Positions 9,344-15,996 of a DNA stretch of 34,264 bases are shown in pieces. The stretch is from a virus (lineage: Duplodnaviria > Caudoviricetes). Position numbers and translations under genes: made by a program. Positions within the stretch are counted from its first letter, which is position 1, and the number at the start of each line of letters is the position of its first letter. The notes below the pieces were generated by a model. It worked only from the letters and a program-made list of their open reading frames with translations. It had not been told where the DNA came from and searched no databases. Where the stretch lies: the IMG/VR virus record IMGVR_UViG_3300002098_000094, positions 1 to 34,264 of that record; one strand, written 5' to 3'.

Positions 9344-9631
9344 TCACATTGTTGATTTAGGTTTATCTTTTATAATGAATACATTGTAAGGATATGACCT
9401 TAAATCACCATCAGACCAACGTATGTGAATAAAATCATCATCATTTAACCAACAACCTAACAATGTAGGATTATTTTCCATCACGCTATAGGCCACATAC
9501 CCCGTGCTATTTGTACATTTTTCAGTGGTTAATACCATCTTACCGCCTGATTGGTTTAAACTTTCTGCGACAATTTTAGCTTCTGCACTGCAACACACTA
9601 ACAACAAACTTGCTAATAATAAGTTTTTCAT
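9344..9631 (-). CDS. exported small protein (signal peptide, Cys pair)
   Basis: MKNLLLASLLLVCCSAEA signal peptide with AxA site; LGCW motif. Confidence 0.7.
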   Translation of the reverse strand: MKNLLLASLLLVCCSAEAKIVAESLNQSGGKMVLTTEKCTNSTGYVAYSVMENNPTLLGCWLNDDDFIHIRWSDGDLRSYPYNVFIIKDKPKSTM

Positions 9632-9645
9632 GGTTTATCCTTAAA

Positions 9646-9718
9646 TGGTGGGGCTACTTACACGGCTTGTCGAAAGCATTTTTGTTATTCGTTAATAAAA
9701 ATTTGTGCTTTCGCCCCA
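9646..9718 (-). ncRNA. putative structured small RNA, 73 nt, CCA-ended, bulged-G motif
   Basis: UGGGGC/GCCCCA terminal stem plus 3' CCA; GAA/AGUA internal motif; inner hairpins; fills an intergenic gap in an otherwise tightly packed operon. Confidence 0.55.
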
Positions 9719-9723
9719 TAAAA

Positions 9724-9894
9724 TTAAGCAACTTGTTGTTTTTTAGGCGTTCTTAAGCCAGTTTCAAACTCTAAGATGGCCATGCTTTCTGGTGAAACCC
9801 CTTTATCAAAGGCTTCCTGTAAAGCATTTTCACAGAGTTGTTGGCGTTCTAAATAGGCTAATTCAATTTCTTGTAATTCTGTTTGTTCACACAT
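9724..9894 (-). CDS. 56-aa hypothetical protein
   Basis: RBS AAAGGGG; MCEQTELQEIELAYLERQQLCENALQEAF...; TAATG coupling to upstream gene. Confidence 0.6.
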   Translation of the reverse strand: MCEQTELQEIELAYLERQQLCENALQEAFDKGVSPESMAILEFETGLRTPKKQQVA

Positions 9895-10109
9895 TATTTT
9901 TCCCCTTTAAAAAATGTACCAAATTTGTCTTTTTTACAACTGTGTTTTTCACCAAGATAGTCATACAGTATCCAATTACCGTTGTCATTGCGCCATTCAA
10001 AGCCCACTTGACTGCAATATTTGCATTGCACTTTAAAACGGTTGTCATGGGTTTCATAGTGCCTTACATGGTCACCATAATCAGGGTCATGTCTGTCTAT
10101 CATTGCCAA
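9894..10109 (-). CDS. small zinc-ribbon-like protein
   Basis: CKYC...W...W...HSC motif. Confidence 0.65.
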   Translation of the reverse strand: MAMIDRHDPDYGDHVRHYETHDNRFKVQCKYCSQVGFEWRNDNGNWILYDYLGEKHSCKKDKFGTFFKGEK

Positions 10110-10501
10110 GTCCTAATAGTATTTTGGGCTTTTTTTAAAGTGATATTCCCTTTGCATACACGTTTATGTAAAGATGTTTCCTGCACATCTTTTAAACGGG
10201 CTTCTGAAAGCACTTGCATCCATAAATTATTAGGGTCTTTAGGTGCGCCCCCTAATTCAATAGGAATGTAATGGTCTAATTCATATTCACTAGGTTGATG
10301 GCCAATAGGAGTCCATTGCACTTTTAATTTGTCAGTAAAGCTAGTAGATGGCCTGACTGTTTTTGTATAGCCACTCACACATATTTGGTCTTTAGTGACG
10401 TTAGCAACAGCCCCAACTGGTGGTACGGTGTGACTATTAGCTAATGCATTTGATGATACAATTAATAATGCAATAAATAGTTGATTAGGAATTATGCGCA
10501 T
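10100..10501 (-). CDS. exported HNH-like protein
   Basis: Signal peptide (LFIALLIVSSNALA); ELDHYIPIELGG...NNLW HNH-type motif; two Cys. Confidence 0.65.
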   Translation of the reverse strand: MRIIPNQLFIALLIVSSNALANSHTVPPVGAVANVTKDQICVSGYTKTVRPSTSFTDKLKVQWTPIGHQPSEYELDHYIPIELGGAPKDPNNLWMQVLSEARLKDVQETSLHKRVCKGNITLKKAQNTIRTWQ

Positions 10502-10665
10502 TTAGGAAACCTTCCATTTAAAAGTAAGTGTTTCTTAGTATCGTACAAATACAAACTTTGTTCAAACCAAACATCAGCCATTCGTGCATTATCAGGATAA
10601 ATCTGTTTAGAACGCTCTAATAGCTGTGATTCAGTGGGTTTGTATTGTTTTGGTGATTTAATCAT
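10492..10665 (-). CDS. 57-aa hypothetical protein, first gene after promoter at 10725
   Basis: ATG 10665 preceded by GAAAGGGAA RBS (preferred over TTG 10683). Confidence 0.65.
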   Translation of the reverse strand: MIKSPKQYKPTESQLLERSKQIYPDNARMADVWFEQSLYLYDTKKHLLLNGRFPKCA

Positions 10666-10696
10666 GTTGAAATTCCCTTTCAAGTAATGAATATTC

Positions 10697-10725
10697 AGAC
10701 TAACATAAATTATATTGATTGTCTA
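10697..10725 (-). promoter_or_regulatory. sigma70-like promoter
   Basis: TAGACA-N17-TAGTCT. Confidence 0.55.
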
Positions 10726-10997
10726 GGATTATTTACATTAGAAGGACATTCAAATACTTCATTTACTCCTAAAAAAAAGAAATTTATTAAGTTGACTGCG
10801 CCAGCATAAGACCCTAAAAGAAAAAACAAGAAACTAAAACCAACACCCCCCTACCCCCCATAACATTTTTATGAAAGGTATCCCAGTCAATTCTGGCAAC
10901 AAAACAAAAAGAAGAAAAAAGAAAACAATAACTATCTCGTAAAGAAAACTATTGTTTTCTCTTTCCTTCATTATTGATTTGCAGAATATATAGGCGT

Positions 10998-11109
10998 AAA
11001 AAAACCGTTTGGCTTATGTACCCTGCCGCCGACACAGCATTATCTTTTCAGATTGGATACATAAACCAAACGGTTCTGGGTTCATGTTTCTAGTGATGTG
11101 TCGGCATCA
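10998..11109 (-). promoter_or_regulatory. structured leader/attenuator with intrinsic terminator and complementary loops
   Basis: 21-bp stem (11003-11023/11055-11075) ending in a U7 tract; internal GAAA tetraloop hairpin; loops CCGACA and UGUCGG are complementary. Confidence 0.7.
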
Positions 11110-11118
11110 ATAAAACGT

Positions 11119-11147
11119 ACAATACTACTAATTTTTTATTTAGTCAA
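11119..11147 (-). promoter_or_regulatory. sigma70-like promoter driving the structured leader
   Basis: TTGACT-N17-TATTGT. Confidence 0.6.
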
Positions 11148-11169
11148 AATAAATTTACTTAACATCTGA

Positions 11170-11559
11170 TTATTTATTAATCAGATAACTTTTAACATGT
11201 TGCCATGCTAATTCAGCATCATTTACTTTTAAACAAAGCCAGCCATGCGCAGTCAACTTCTCCATAAAGGCTATTTGATTATCTGTTAGTTTACCTATTT
11301 GGCTTTTAAACTCTAATGCAAGCCCTGCATATTGACCATTGTTATATGGCCACATAATGTCAGGTACACCTGATTTCATGCCTTCTGCTTTTAACATGGC
11401 TGCTAACGCATAACTTCTTTTAGCTGCATTAGGCACTGCAAATAATATTTCAAGTTGTGGATAAGTTTTATAATGTAACTCTACCCGTTTTATAAATGCT
11501 GATTGTATCTGGTGTTCACTGGCGTTATTTTTACTCGTTCGCATAGGCTTTAATAGCAT
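11170..11559 (-). CDS. VRR-NUC domain nuclease (start may be 11544)
   Basis: SEHQIQ, FAVPN, EGMKSGVPDI, LEFKSQIGKLTDNQ motifs. Confidence 0.85.
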   Translation of the reverse strand: MLLKPMRTSKNNASEHQIQSAFIKRVELHYKTYPQLEILFAVPNAAKRSYALAAMLKAEGMKSGVPDIMWPYNNGQYAGLALEFKSQIGKLTDNQIAFMEKLTAHGWLCLKVNDAELAWQHVKSYLINK

Positions 11560-11875
11560 CTTTCGCTGTAAAATGGGTACTCACCACTTGGTTATCAATC
11601 ACCACTTGGTAAATATATTGCCCATATTTTACCAGTTTACGAATTACCGCACCTGTTTGAATGTGCTGCAATACGTTTTCACCTGTTTTCATCCATACAT
11701 TCGCTATGACCATGTTTTCCCCTCTTTCTGCCATTTCATTGTGTGAAGGTGGCACTTCTTTAACTTCGATTAAGTTTAAAGTATCTACACTTTCCGCTTT
11801 TGGCGGTGTACGACCCAGTGCCGCATAAATTTCGTCACGATGTCGTAAGTAAGATATTTGGTTCTTTTTCAACAT
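11531..11875 (-). CDS. hypothetical protein, probably leaderless
   Basis: ORF track; ATG lies 6 nt after a -10 box, no SD. Confidence 0.65.
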   Translation of the reverse strand: MLKKNQISYLRHRDEIYAALGRTPPKAESVDTLNLIEVKEVPPSHNEMAERGENMVIANVWMKTGENVLQHIQTGAVIRKLVKYGQYIYQVVIDNQVVSTHFTAKDAIKAYANE

Positions 11876-11881
11876 GTGCGC

Positions 11882-11910
11882 AGTTTAATCAATTTTCGTG
11901 TACTTGTAAA
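11882..11910 (-). promoter_or_regulatory. sigma70-like promoter (divergent, leaderless transcript)
   Basis: TTTACA-N17-TAAACT. Confidence 0.55.
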
Positions 11911-11916
11911 TAGTGC

Positions 11917-11945
11917 TAGACAATAAGTATATTTTAATGTATATT
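11917..11945 (+). promoter_or_regulatory. sigma70-like promoter of the rightward middle operon
   Basis: TAGACA-N17-TATATT with TG extension. Confidence 0.6.
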
Positions 11946-11983
11946 GTACTTGTACTTCACACCACTTTGAAAGGGAAATTCAA

Positions 11984-12193
11984 ATGAAACTTACGCAAGA
12001 GCAAAAAATCTTTGTTCATCTTAACTATGACCCTATTACCCCATTAGAGGCTTTGCGCCTTTATGGGTGTATGCGTTTAGCAGCCGTCATTCATAACTTA
12101 CGTAATAAAGGCCATAAGATACAAATGTTTTTAGTGTTTGATGAAAGTAATCATAAACACTATGCACAATATTCATTGGAGAGAGAATTATGA
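11984..12193 (+). CDS. small winged helix-turn-helix DNA-binding protein
   Basis: ITPLEALRLYGCMRLAAVIHNLRNKGHKI...AQYSL, a common phage wHTH pattern. Confidence 0.75.
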   Translation: MKLTQEQKIFVHLNYDPITPLEALRLYGCMRLAAVIHNLRNKGHKIQMFLVFDESNHKHYAQYSLEREL

Positions 12194-12393
12194 AATTATG
12201 TATAGATTGCAAATTTTATGAAGCTAATTATCAAAACCCTACTTATGATGAATGTCATCGTGACGTACAGTATGATTTAGTGCGTGGTGGTAGTTTTATC
12301 AATCGACATTTTTGTGAAGTTGAGCGCAAATACGAAAGTGACAAAACTTGTAGCCCAGAAGGGTTATTTTTTATAAAGAAAGAGAGTAAATAA
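12190..12393 (+). CDS. small Cys-rich protein
   Basis: LCIDCKFY...EC...CEVER...CSPEG. Confidence 0.7.
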   Translation: MKLCIDCKFYEANYQNPTYDECHRDVQYDLVRGGSFINRHFCEVERKYESDKTCSPEGLFFIKKESK

Positions 12394-13016
12394 TGTTAAT
12401 TACAGATAGCGGTAATAGCGGTAACTTTGAAAACCCATTAGCAGGCAGTTATGGGGCAACTTGCCGTCAAATTATTGATTTAGGCACACAGGAAAGTGAC
12501 TATCAAGGCGTTAAATCTCATAAACATCAAATTTTAGTGGGTTGGGAATTAGATGAATTGATGGAAGATGGCCGACCTTTTGTGGTTTCCAAATTTTACA
12601 CTGCAAGTTTGAATGAAAAAGCCAATTTTAGACAAGATTTAATTTCATGGCGTGGCCGTGATTTTACGAATGAGGAATTGGGTGGCTTTGACCCTGCTAA
12701 TATCTTGGGTGCGCCTTGTATGCTATCCCTTATATTGACAGAAAAAGGCAAAATCAAAGTGCAAAACGTCAGCAAATTGCCAAAAGGTATGACCGTGCCA
12801 CCTTTAGTCAATCCTAAAATTTACTTTAGCTTGATGCATGGTAAATATGACCAACAAGTGTTTGATAATTTATCAGAAGGCATTAAAAAAATTATTATGC
12901 AATCCCCAGAATATCTAAACAGACAACAAGAAGTAGGCAAGATGCCATCTAATAACATTAGCGTGACACCGCAAAATGATATCGATGATGAATTTTTAGA
13001 CGATTTGCCATTTTAA
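12393..13016 (+). CDS. putative single-stranded DNA-binding protein
   Basis: IIDLGTQ, SLNEKANFR motifs and acidic C-terminal tail DDEFLDDLPF. Confidence 0.65.
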   Translation: MLITDSGNSGNFENPLAGSYGATCRQIIDLGTQESDYQGVKSHKHQILVGWELDELMEDGRPFVVSKFYTASLNEKANFRQDLISWRGRDFTNEELGGFDPANILGAPCMLSLILTEKGKIKVQNVSKLPKGMTVPPLVNPKIYFSLMHGKYDQQVFDNLSEGIKKIIMQSPEYLNRQQEVGKMPSNNISVTPQNDIDDEFLDDLPF

Positions 13017-13027
13017 AGGGAAAAAAA

Positions 13028-13861
13028 ATGCGAGTAACTAACACACACGGTTTACCTAGCGTATTGGTGAAGGCTTGTGAAAACCAACGTAAACCTAAAC
13101 CAGACAGTTTAAGCTGCACTGAATTAATTGACAGCCCTTTAGTGCATCGTTTGAAATTAGAGCATTGGGATAATTTGGAAGTCGATGTTTCCGAAATGGT
13201 GTGGGCAATGACAGGCACGGCCTTGCATCAAATGGTTGAAAAACATGGGGATGGCACATCCGAAATCCCTTTAGAATGTGAATTTGAAGGTTATAAAATC
13301 ACAGGCACGTGCGACCATTTAACGCCACAATTAATTAGCGATTGGAAAACAACGTCTGTTTGGTCTGTCATTATTGGCAATGATTGGCTTAATAAAGTGG
13401 CTGAACAACTTAATATCTATCGTTATTTGCATTGGAAAATGACAGGGCAACTAGTGCCACGCTTAACGGCTTGTGTGATTTTCCGAGATTGGCGTAAATC
13501 TGAATACAAACGCAATCCTAATGAATACCCAAGCCGTAACATTATTGAATATACGGTAGATTGTTGGACTATTGAACAATGCGAGGGGTTTATACGTGAA
13601 CGTTTAGCGTTTCATCATGACCCAGATTATGTTTGTTCGATGGCTGAACGATGGGCCAAGCCAGACACATGGGCAGTTAAGAAAAAAGGGGCAGTACGTG
13701 CCACCCGTGTATTTGAACATGAAATGGCAGCAATTGATATGGCCATGTCAGACCCAAGTTTAGAAATTGAACACAGAAAAGGCGAGCATTTACGTTGTGC
13801 GGAATATTGCCCCGTGCGTAATGTGTGCAAGTGGAGATTAAACAATGACTTCGAAATCTAA
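13028..13861 (+). CDS. Cas4-like PD-(D/E)XK exonuclease
   Basis: GTALH, GTCD...DWKTT, QLNIY, C-terminal CAEYCPVRNVC. Confidence 0.8.
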   Translation: MRVTNTHGLPSVLVKACENQRKPKPDSLSCTELIDSPLVHRLKLEHWDNLEVDVSEMVWAMTGTALHQMVEKHGDGTSEIPLECEFEGYKITGTCDHLTPQLISDWKTTSVWSVIIGNDWLNKVAEQLNIYRYLHWKMTGQLVPRLTACVIFRDWRKSEYKRNPNEYPSRNIIEYTVDCWTIEQCEGFIRERLAFHHDPDYVCSMAERWAKPDTWAVKKKGAVRATRVFEHEMAAIDMAMSDPSLEIEHRKGEHLRCAEYCPVRNVCKWRLNNDFEI

Positions 13862-14327
13862 TAAAAATGAAACGCCAGAGATTATTCATCAATATGTCAG
13901 TGTGTTAATTAACGCCACTACTGACAGTACAAGCAATTTTTTACTTATTGGTGAAGTGTTAGCCTTAGTCAGCAATAAACGACTATATTTAAAATATGCA
14001 TCGCATATTAAAACTTTTGATGGTTTTTTAATGGAAATTGGCATCAAACGGGCTAACGCTTATCATGCCTTGCGGGTCTGGCGTGAATTTGGCGCATTTA
14101 ATCTGGAAGGCATCCCACACGATAGACTTATCCGCATGTTGCCTTTGCGTTTGGCTGATGATGCTAAATCGCATTGGTTAGATGATGCAAGGGCGTTACC
14201 TGCCTTTGCTTTTAATGATTTATTGCGTAAAGGGCGTGGATTGCCTGCACGTGATGAATGTCATCATGCAGAAACCACTACCAAAGTCATTTGCAAGTGC
14301 TGTGGTAAAGTTTTATCTGTGAGTTAA
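13845..14327 (+). CDS. hypothetical helical DNA-binding protein (DUF3102-like) with C-terminal Cys/His cluster
   Basis: FLLIGEVL...LY...TFDGFL...AY pattern; ECHH...CKCCG. Confidence 0.5.
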   Translation: MTSKSNKNETPEIIHQYVSVLINATTDSTSNFLLIGEVLALVSNKRLYLKYASHIKTFDGFLMEIGIKRANAYHALRVWREFGAFNLEGIPHDRLIRMLPLRLADDAKSHWLDDARALPAFAFNDLLRKGRGLPARDECHHAETTTKVICKCCGKVLSVS

Positions 14328-14347
14328 TGTCAATGTATCAACAGACC

Positions 14348-14373
14348 AAAAAAAAGCCCCGTAAAGGGGCTTT
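14348..14373. terminator. intrinsic terminator between convergent operons, strongest on minus
   Basis: A8-gcccc-gtaaa-ggggc-ttt. Confidence 0.85.
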
Positions 14374-14376
14374 ATG

Positions 14377-14550
14377 TTAGTTTTTAAATACTTCGTTAAT
14401 TTGCCAGTCATCAAAACCCCTGTCGGCTAACTCTTTAAATTCTGACCCGTCTAGGGCTTCAGCAATTGACCATGCTTCTTGTTCGTTTGTTGCTTCGATG
14501 GTGGTTGTTAATGTCACGCGATATGTTGCAACGGCTGTAAATGTAGCCAT
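14377..14550 (-). CDS. 57-aa early protein (DpnD/PcfM-like pattern)
   Basis: RBS GAAAGGG; MATFTAVATYRVTLTTTIEATNEQEAWSIA. Confidence 0.65.
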   Translation of the reverse strand: MATFTAVATYRVTLTTTIEATNEQEAWSIAEALDGSEFKELADRGFDDWQINEVFKN

Positions 14551-14552
14551 GA

Positions 14553-14741
14553 TTAAACCCTTTCAATTTTAGTTAATAAAATTTCACTATCGTTAACAAT
14601 TTCATAATCGCAACCTTCTGCACATGTGGGTGTGCTAATTGTTTTTACCATTTTTTCAGCGTCTGTTTGGTTTTTTGCTTCGATAACATACCAAACATTC
14701 ACTTCGCATTGCACAATCTGTTGCACTTTAAATTGTGGCAT
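14553..14741 (-). CDS. early protein (DpnD/PcfM-like pattern)
   Basis: VIEAKNQTDAEKMV motif, similar to neighbour. Confidence 0.65.
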   Translation of the reverse strand: MPQFKVQQIVQCEVNVWYVIEAKNQTDAEKMVKTISTPTCAEGCDYEIVNDSEILLTKIERV

Positions 14742-14743
14742 GA

Positions 14744-14947
14744 TTAAATCCCCTTAATTTGAACAATACGAAAATTGCTAGAATCTAAATAATCCAGCAT
14801 TTCACGCGCTTTGTACGCTTCATGACAATCAATTAAAAATTCATCTAATTCATTTTGTGCTGCTTCTTTACTAGTAAATGTCATGCGCCAATTGTTAACC
14901 CAACCATCACAAAGCGTTTTTTCTTGCACTTCGTATAATGTAACCAT
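14744..14947 (-). CDS. early hypothetical protein
   Basis: ORF track; RBS; YEVQ...DGWVNNW...FTSKEAAQNEL...FRIV. Confidence 0.7.
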   Translation of the reverse strand: MVTLYEVQEKTLCDGWVNNWRMTFTSKEAAQNELDEFLIDCHEAYKAREMLDYLDSSNFRIVQIKGI

Positions 14948-14949
14948 GA

Positions 14950-15159
14950 TTAAACCCCCTGCATTTCTTTTTCAATCATAAAATTTTCGATGGCGTTTTC
15001 AATCATATAATACAATTCTTGACCGAAAACGGTGTTTTCTGTTGAGCCATCTATTAACACATTGATACATTCATCGTTAAGTGATAATTCATCCACCACA
15101 GAAAAATAAACTGTTTCAGCGATATCGCACACAGAATCAAAATTAATATTGAGTGACAT
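14950..15159 (-). CDS. early acidic hypothetical protein
   Basis: RBS AAAGGGG; very acidic 69 aa. Confidence 0.65.
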   Translation of the reverse strand: MSLNINFDSVCDIAETVYFSVVDELSLNDECINVLIDGSTENTVFGQELYYMIENAIENFMIEKEMQGV

Positions 15160-15241
15160 TTTTAACCCCTTTGATTGAATAATTTAATTCTTTTTGAATG
15201 GTTAGCGCATGGCGCATGATTTGAAACAAAGCATATTGCAT
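15143..15241 (-). CDS. 32-aa early peptide
   Basis: RBS GAAAGGGG; MQYALFQIMRHALTIQKELNYSIKGVKNVTQY; fills the operon gap. Confidence 0.45.
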   Translation of the reverse strand: MQYALFQIMRHALTIQKELNYSIKGVKNVTQY

Positions 15242-15243
15242 AA

Positions 15244-15471
15244 TTAAGCCCCTTTCAATGTGTCAAGGGTGGCTTGGTTGTAGTGTGTGCCTATAGTGGC
15301 AATCACTTCTTTTTCATTCCAATTAGTCACAGAATAGCCAAGCATTGAATCAACGGCCGTTTTGCATGTAAAGCCATCGATTGATAACAAATAGCGTGGA
15401 TTTCCGTTGTAACTGGTATCAAGCCGTGCAATGATTTTTAGTGTGCCTTTGTGTTGTGTGATGTTTTTCAT
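15244..15471 (-). CDS. early hypothetical protein
   Basis: RBS GAAAGGG; SYNGNPRY motif. Confidence 0.7.
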   Translation of the reverse strand: MKNITQHKGTLKIIARLDTSYNGNPRYLLSIDGFTCKTAVDSMLGYSVTNWNEKEVIATIGTHYNQATLDTLKGA

Positions 15472-15503
15472 AATAAAACCCTTTCGACAAGTTTATGATT
15501 ATC

Positions 15504-15554
15504 AAGTGATAATCCGCTAACCCCCTCAATGGAAAAGGTTAGCAGGTAACACTT
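15504..15554 (-). promoter_or_regulatory. long intergenic RNA hairpin (possible RNase III site)
   Basis: ~22-bp irregular stem with G-U pairs that form only on the minus strand; no U tract. Confidence 0.5.
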
Positions 15555-15831
15555 AGGCAATTAATACGCCATCTAAAAACGTCTGGCCTTTTTTGGTGGT
15601 GACATTAGCGCCTAATGCTCTTAAGCGGCTTTTTGTGGTGGGTGTTGGCCATTTAGCAAGAGTTTGCACATTTACCGTTAGTTTATTATTGGCGTTGTCA
15701 TATTCTGCAATGTGGTTTCCGTGTAAATAGATGTCGCAATAAGTGTTATAAGCCTTAACCATTGTATTATCTAAACAAAAATATTTAACTTCTGAAATTG
15801 CATTAAGCATTTGTTTTTCAATTTTACGCAT
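15553..15831 (-). CDS. early hypothetical protein
   Basis: RBS GGAG; IYLHGNHIA...WPTPTTKSRLRAL motif. Confidence 0.75.
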   Translation of the reverse strand: MRKIEKQMLNAISEVKYFCLDNTMVKAYNTYCDIYLHGNHIAEYDNANNKLTVNVQTLAKWPTPTTKSRLRALGANVTTKKGQTFLDGVLIA

Positions 15832-15834
15832 GAT

Positions 15835-15927
15835 TTATTCTCCAAAAAATATTAAGTAAATAACAACATAAACAGAACACGCTAACAGAAACGCCCCTAT
15901 TTCTTTTAAATCTGAATAACTTAACAT
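15835..15927 (-). CDS. 30-aa single-TM peptide, first early gene
   Basis: RBS AAAGGGG; MLSYSDLKEIGAFLLACSVYVVIYLIFFGE. Confidence 0.5.
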   Translation of the reverse strand: MLSYSDLKEIGAFLLACSVYVVIYLIFFGE

Positions 15928-15968
15928 TGCAGCCCCTTTAATAATGTATATGAATAATTACAATTCAT

Positions 15969-15996
15969 ATTCTAGTGATTAATTATTGAATGTCAA
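15969..15996 (-). promoter_or_regulatory. near-consensus sigma70 early promoter
   Basis: TTGACA-N16-TAGAAT with AT-rich upstream tract. Confidence 0.7.

Noticed and set aside
9646-9718. tRNA gene (size and 3' CCA)
   Set aside because: No T-loop GTTCRA, D-loop or 7-nt anticodon loop; kept as a non-tRNA structured RNA
9792-10271. 159-aa plus-strand ORF
   Set aside because: Opposes three well-packed minus-strand genes with RBSs
10834-10971. 45-aa hydrophobic minus-strand ORF (MKERENNSFLYEIVIVFFF...)
   Set aside because: No SD; hydrophobicity follows from U-rich RNA structure; cannot be fully excluded as a small membrane toxin
13028-13861. CRISPR-Cas system
   Set aside because: Stand-alone Cas4-like exonuclease; no repeat-spacer array or other cas genes seen
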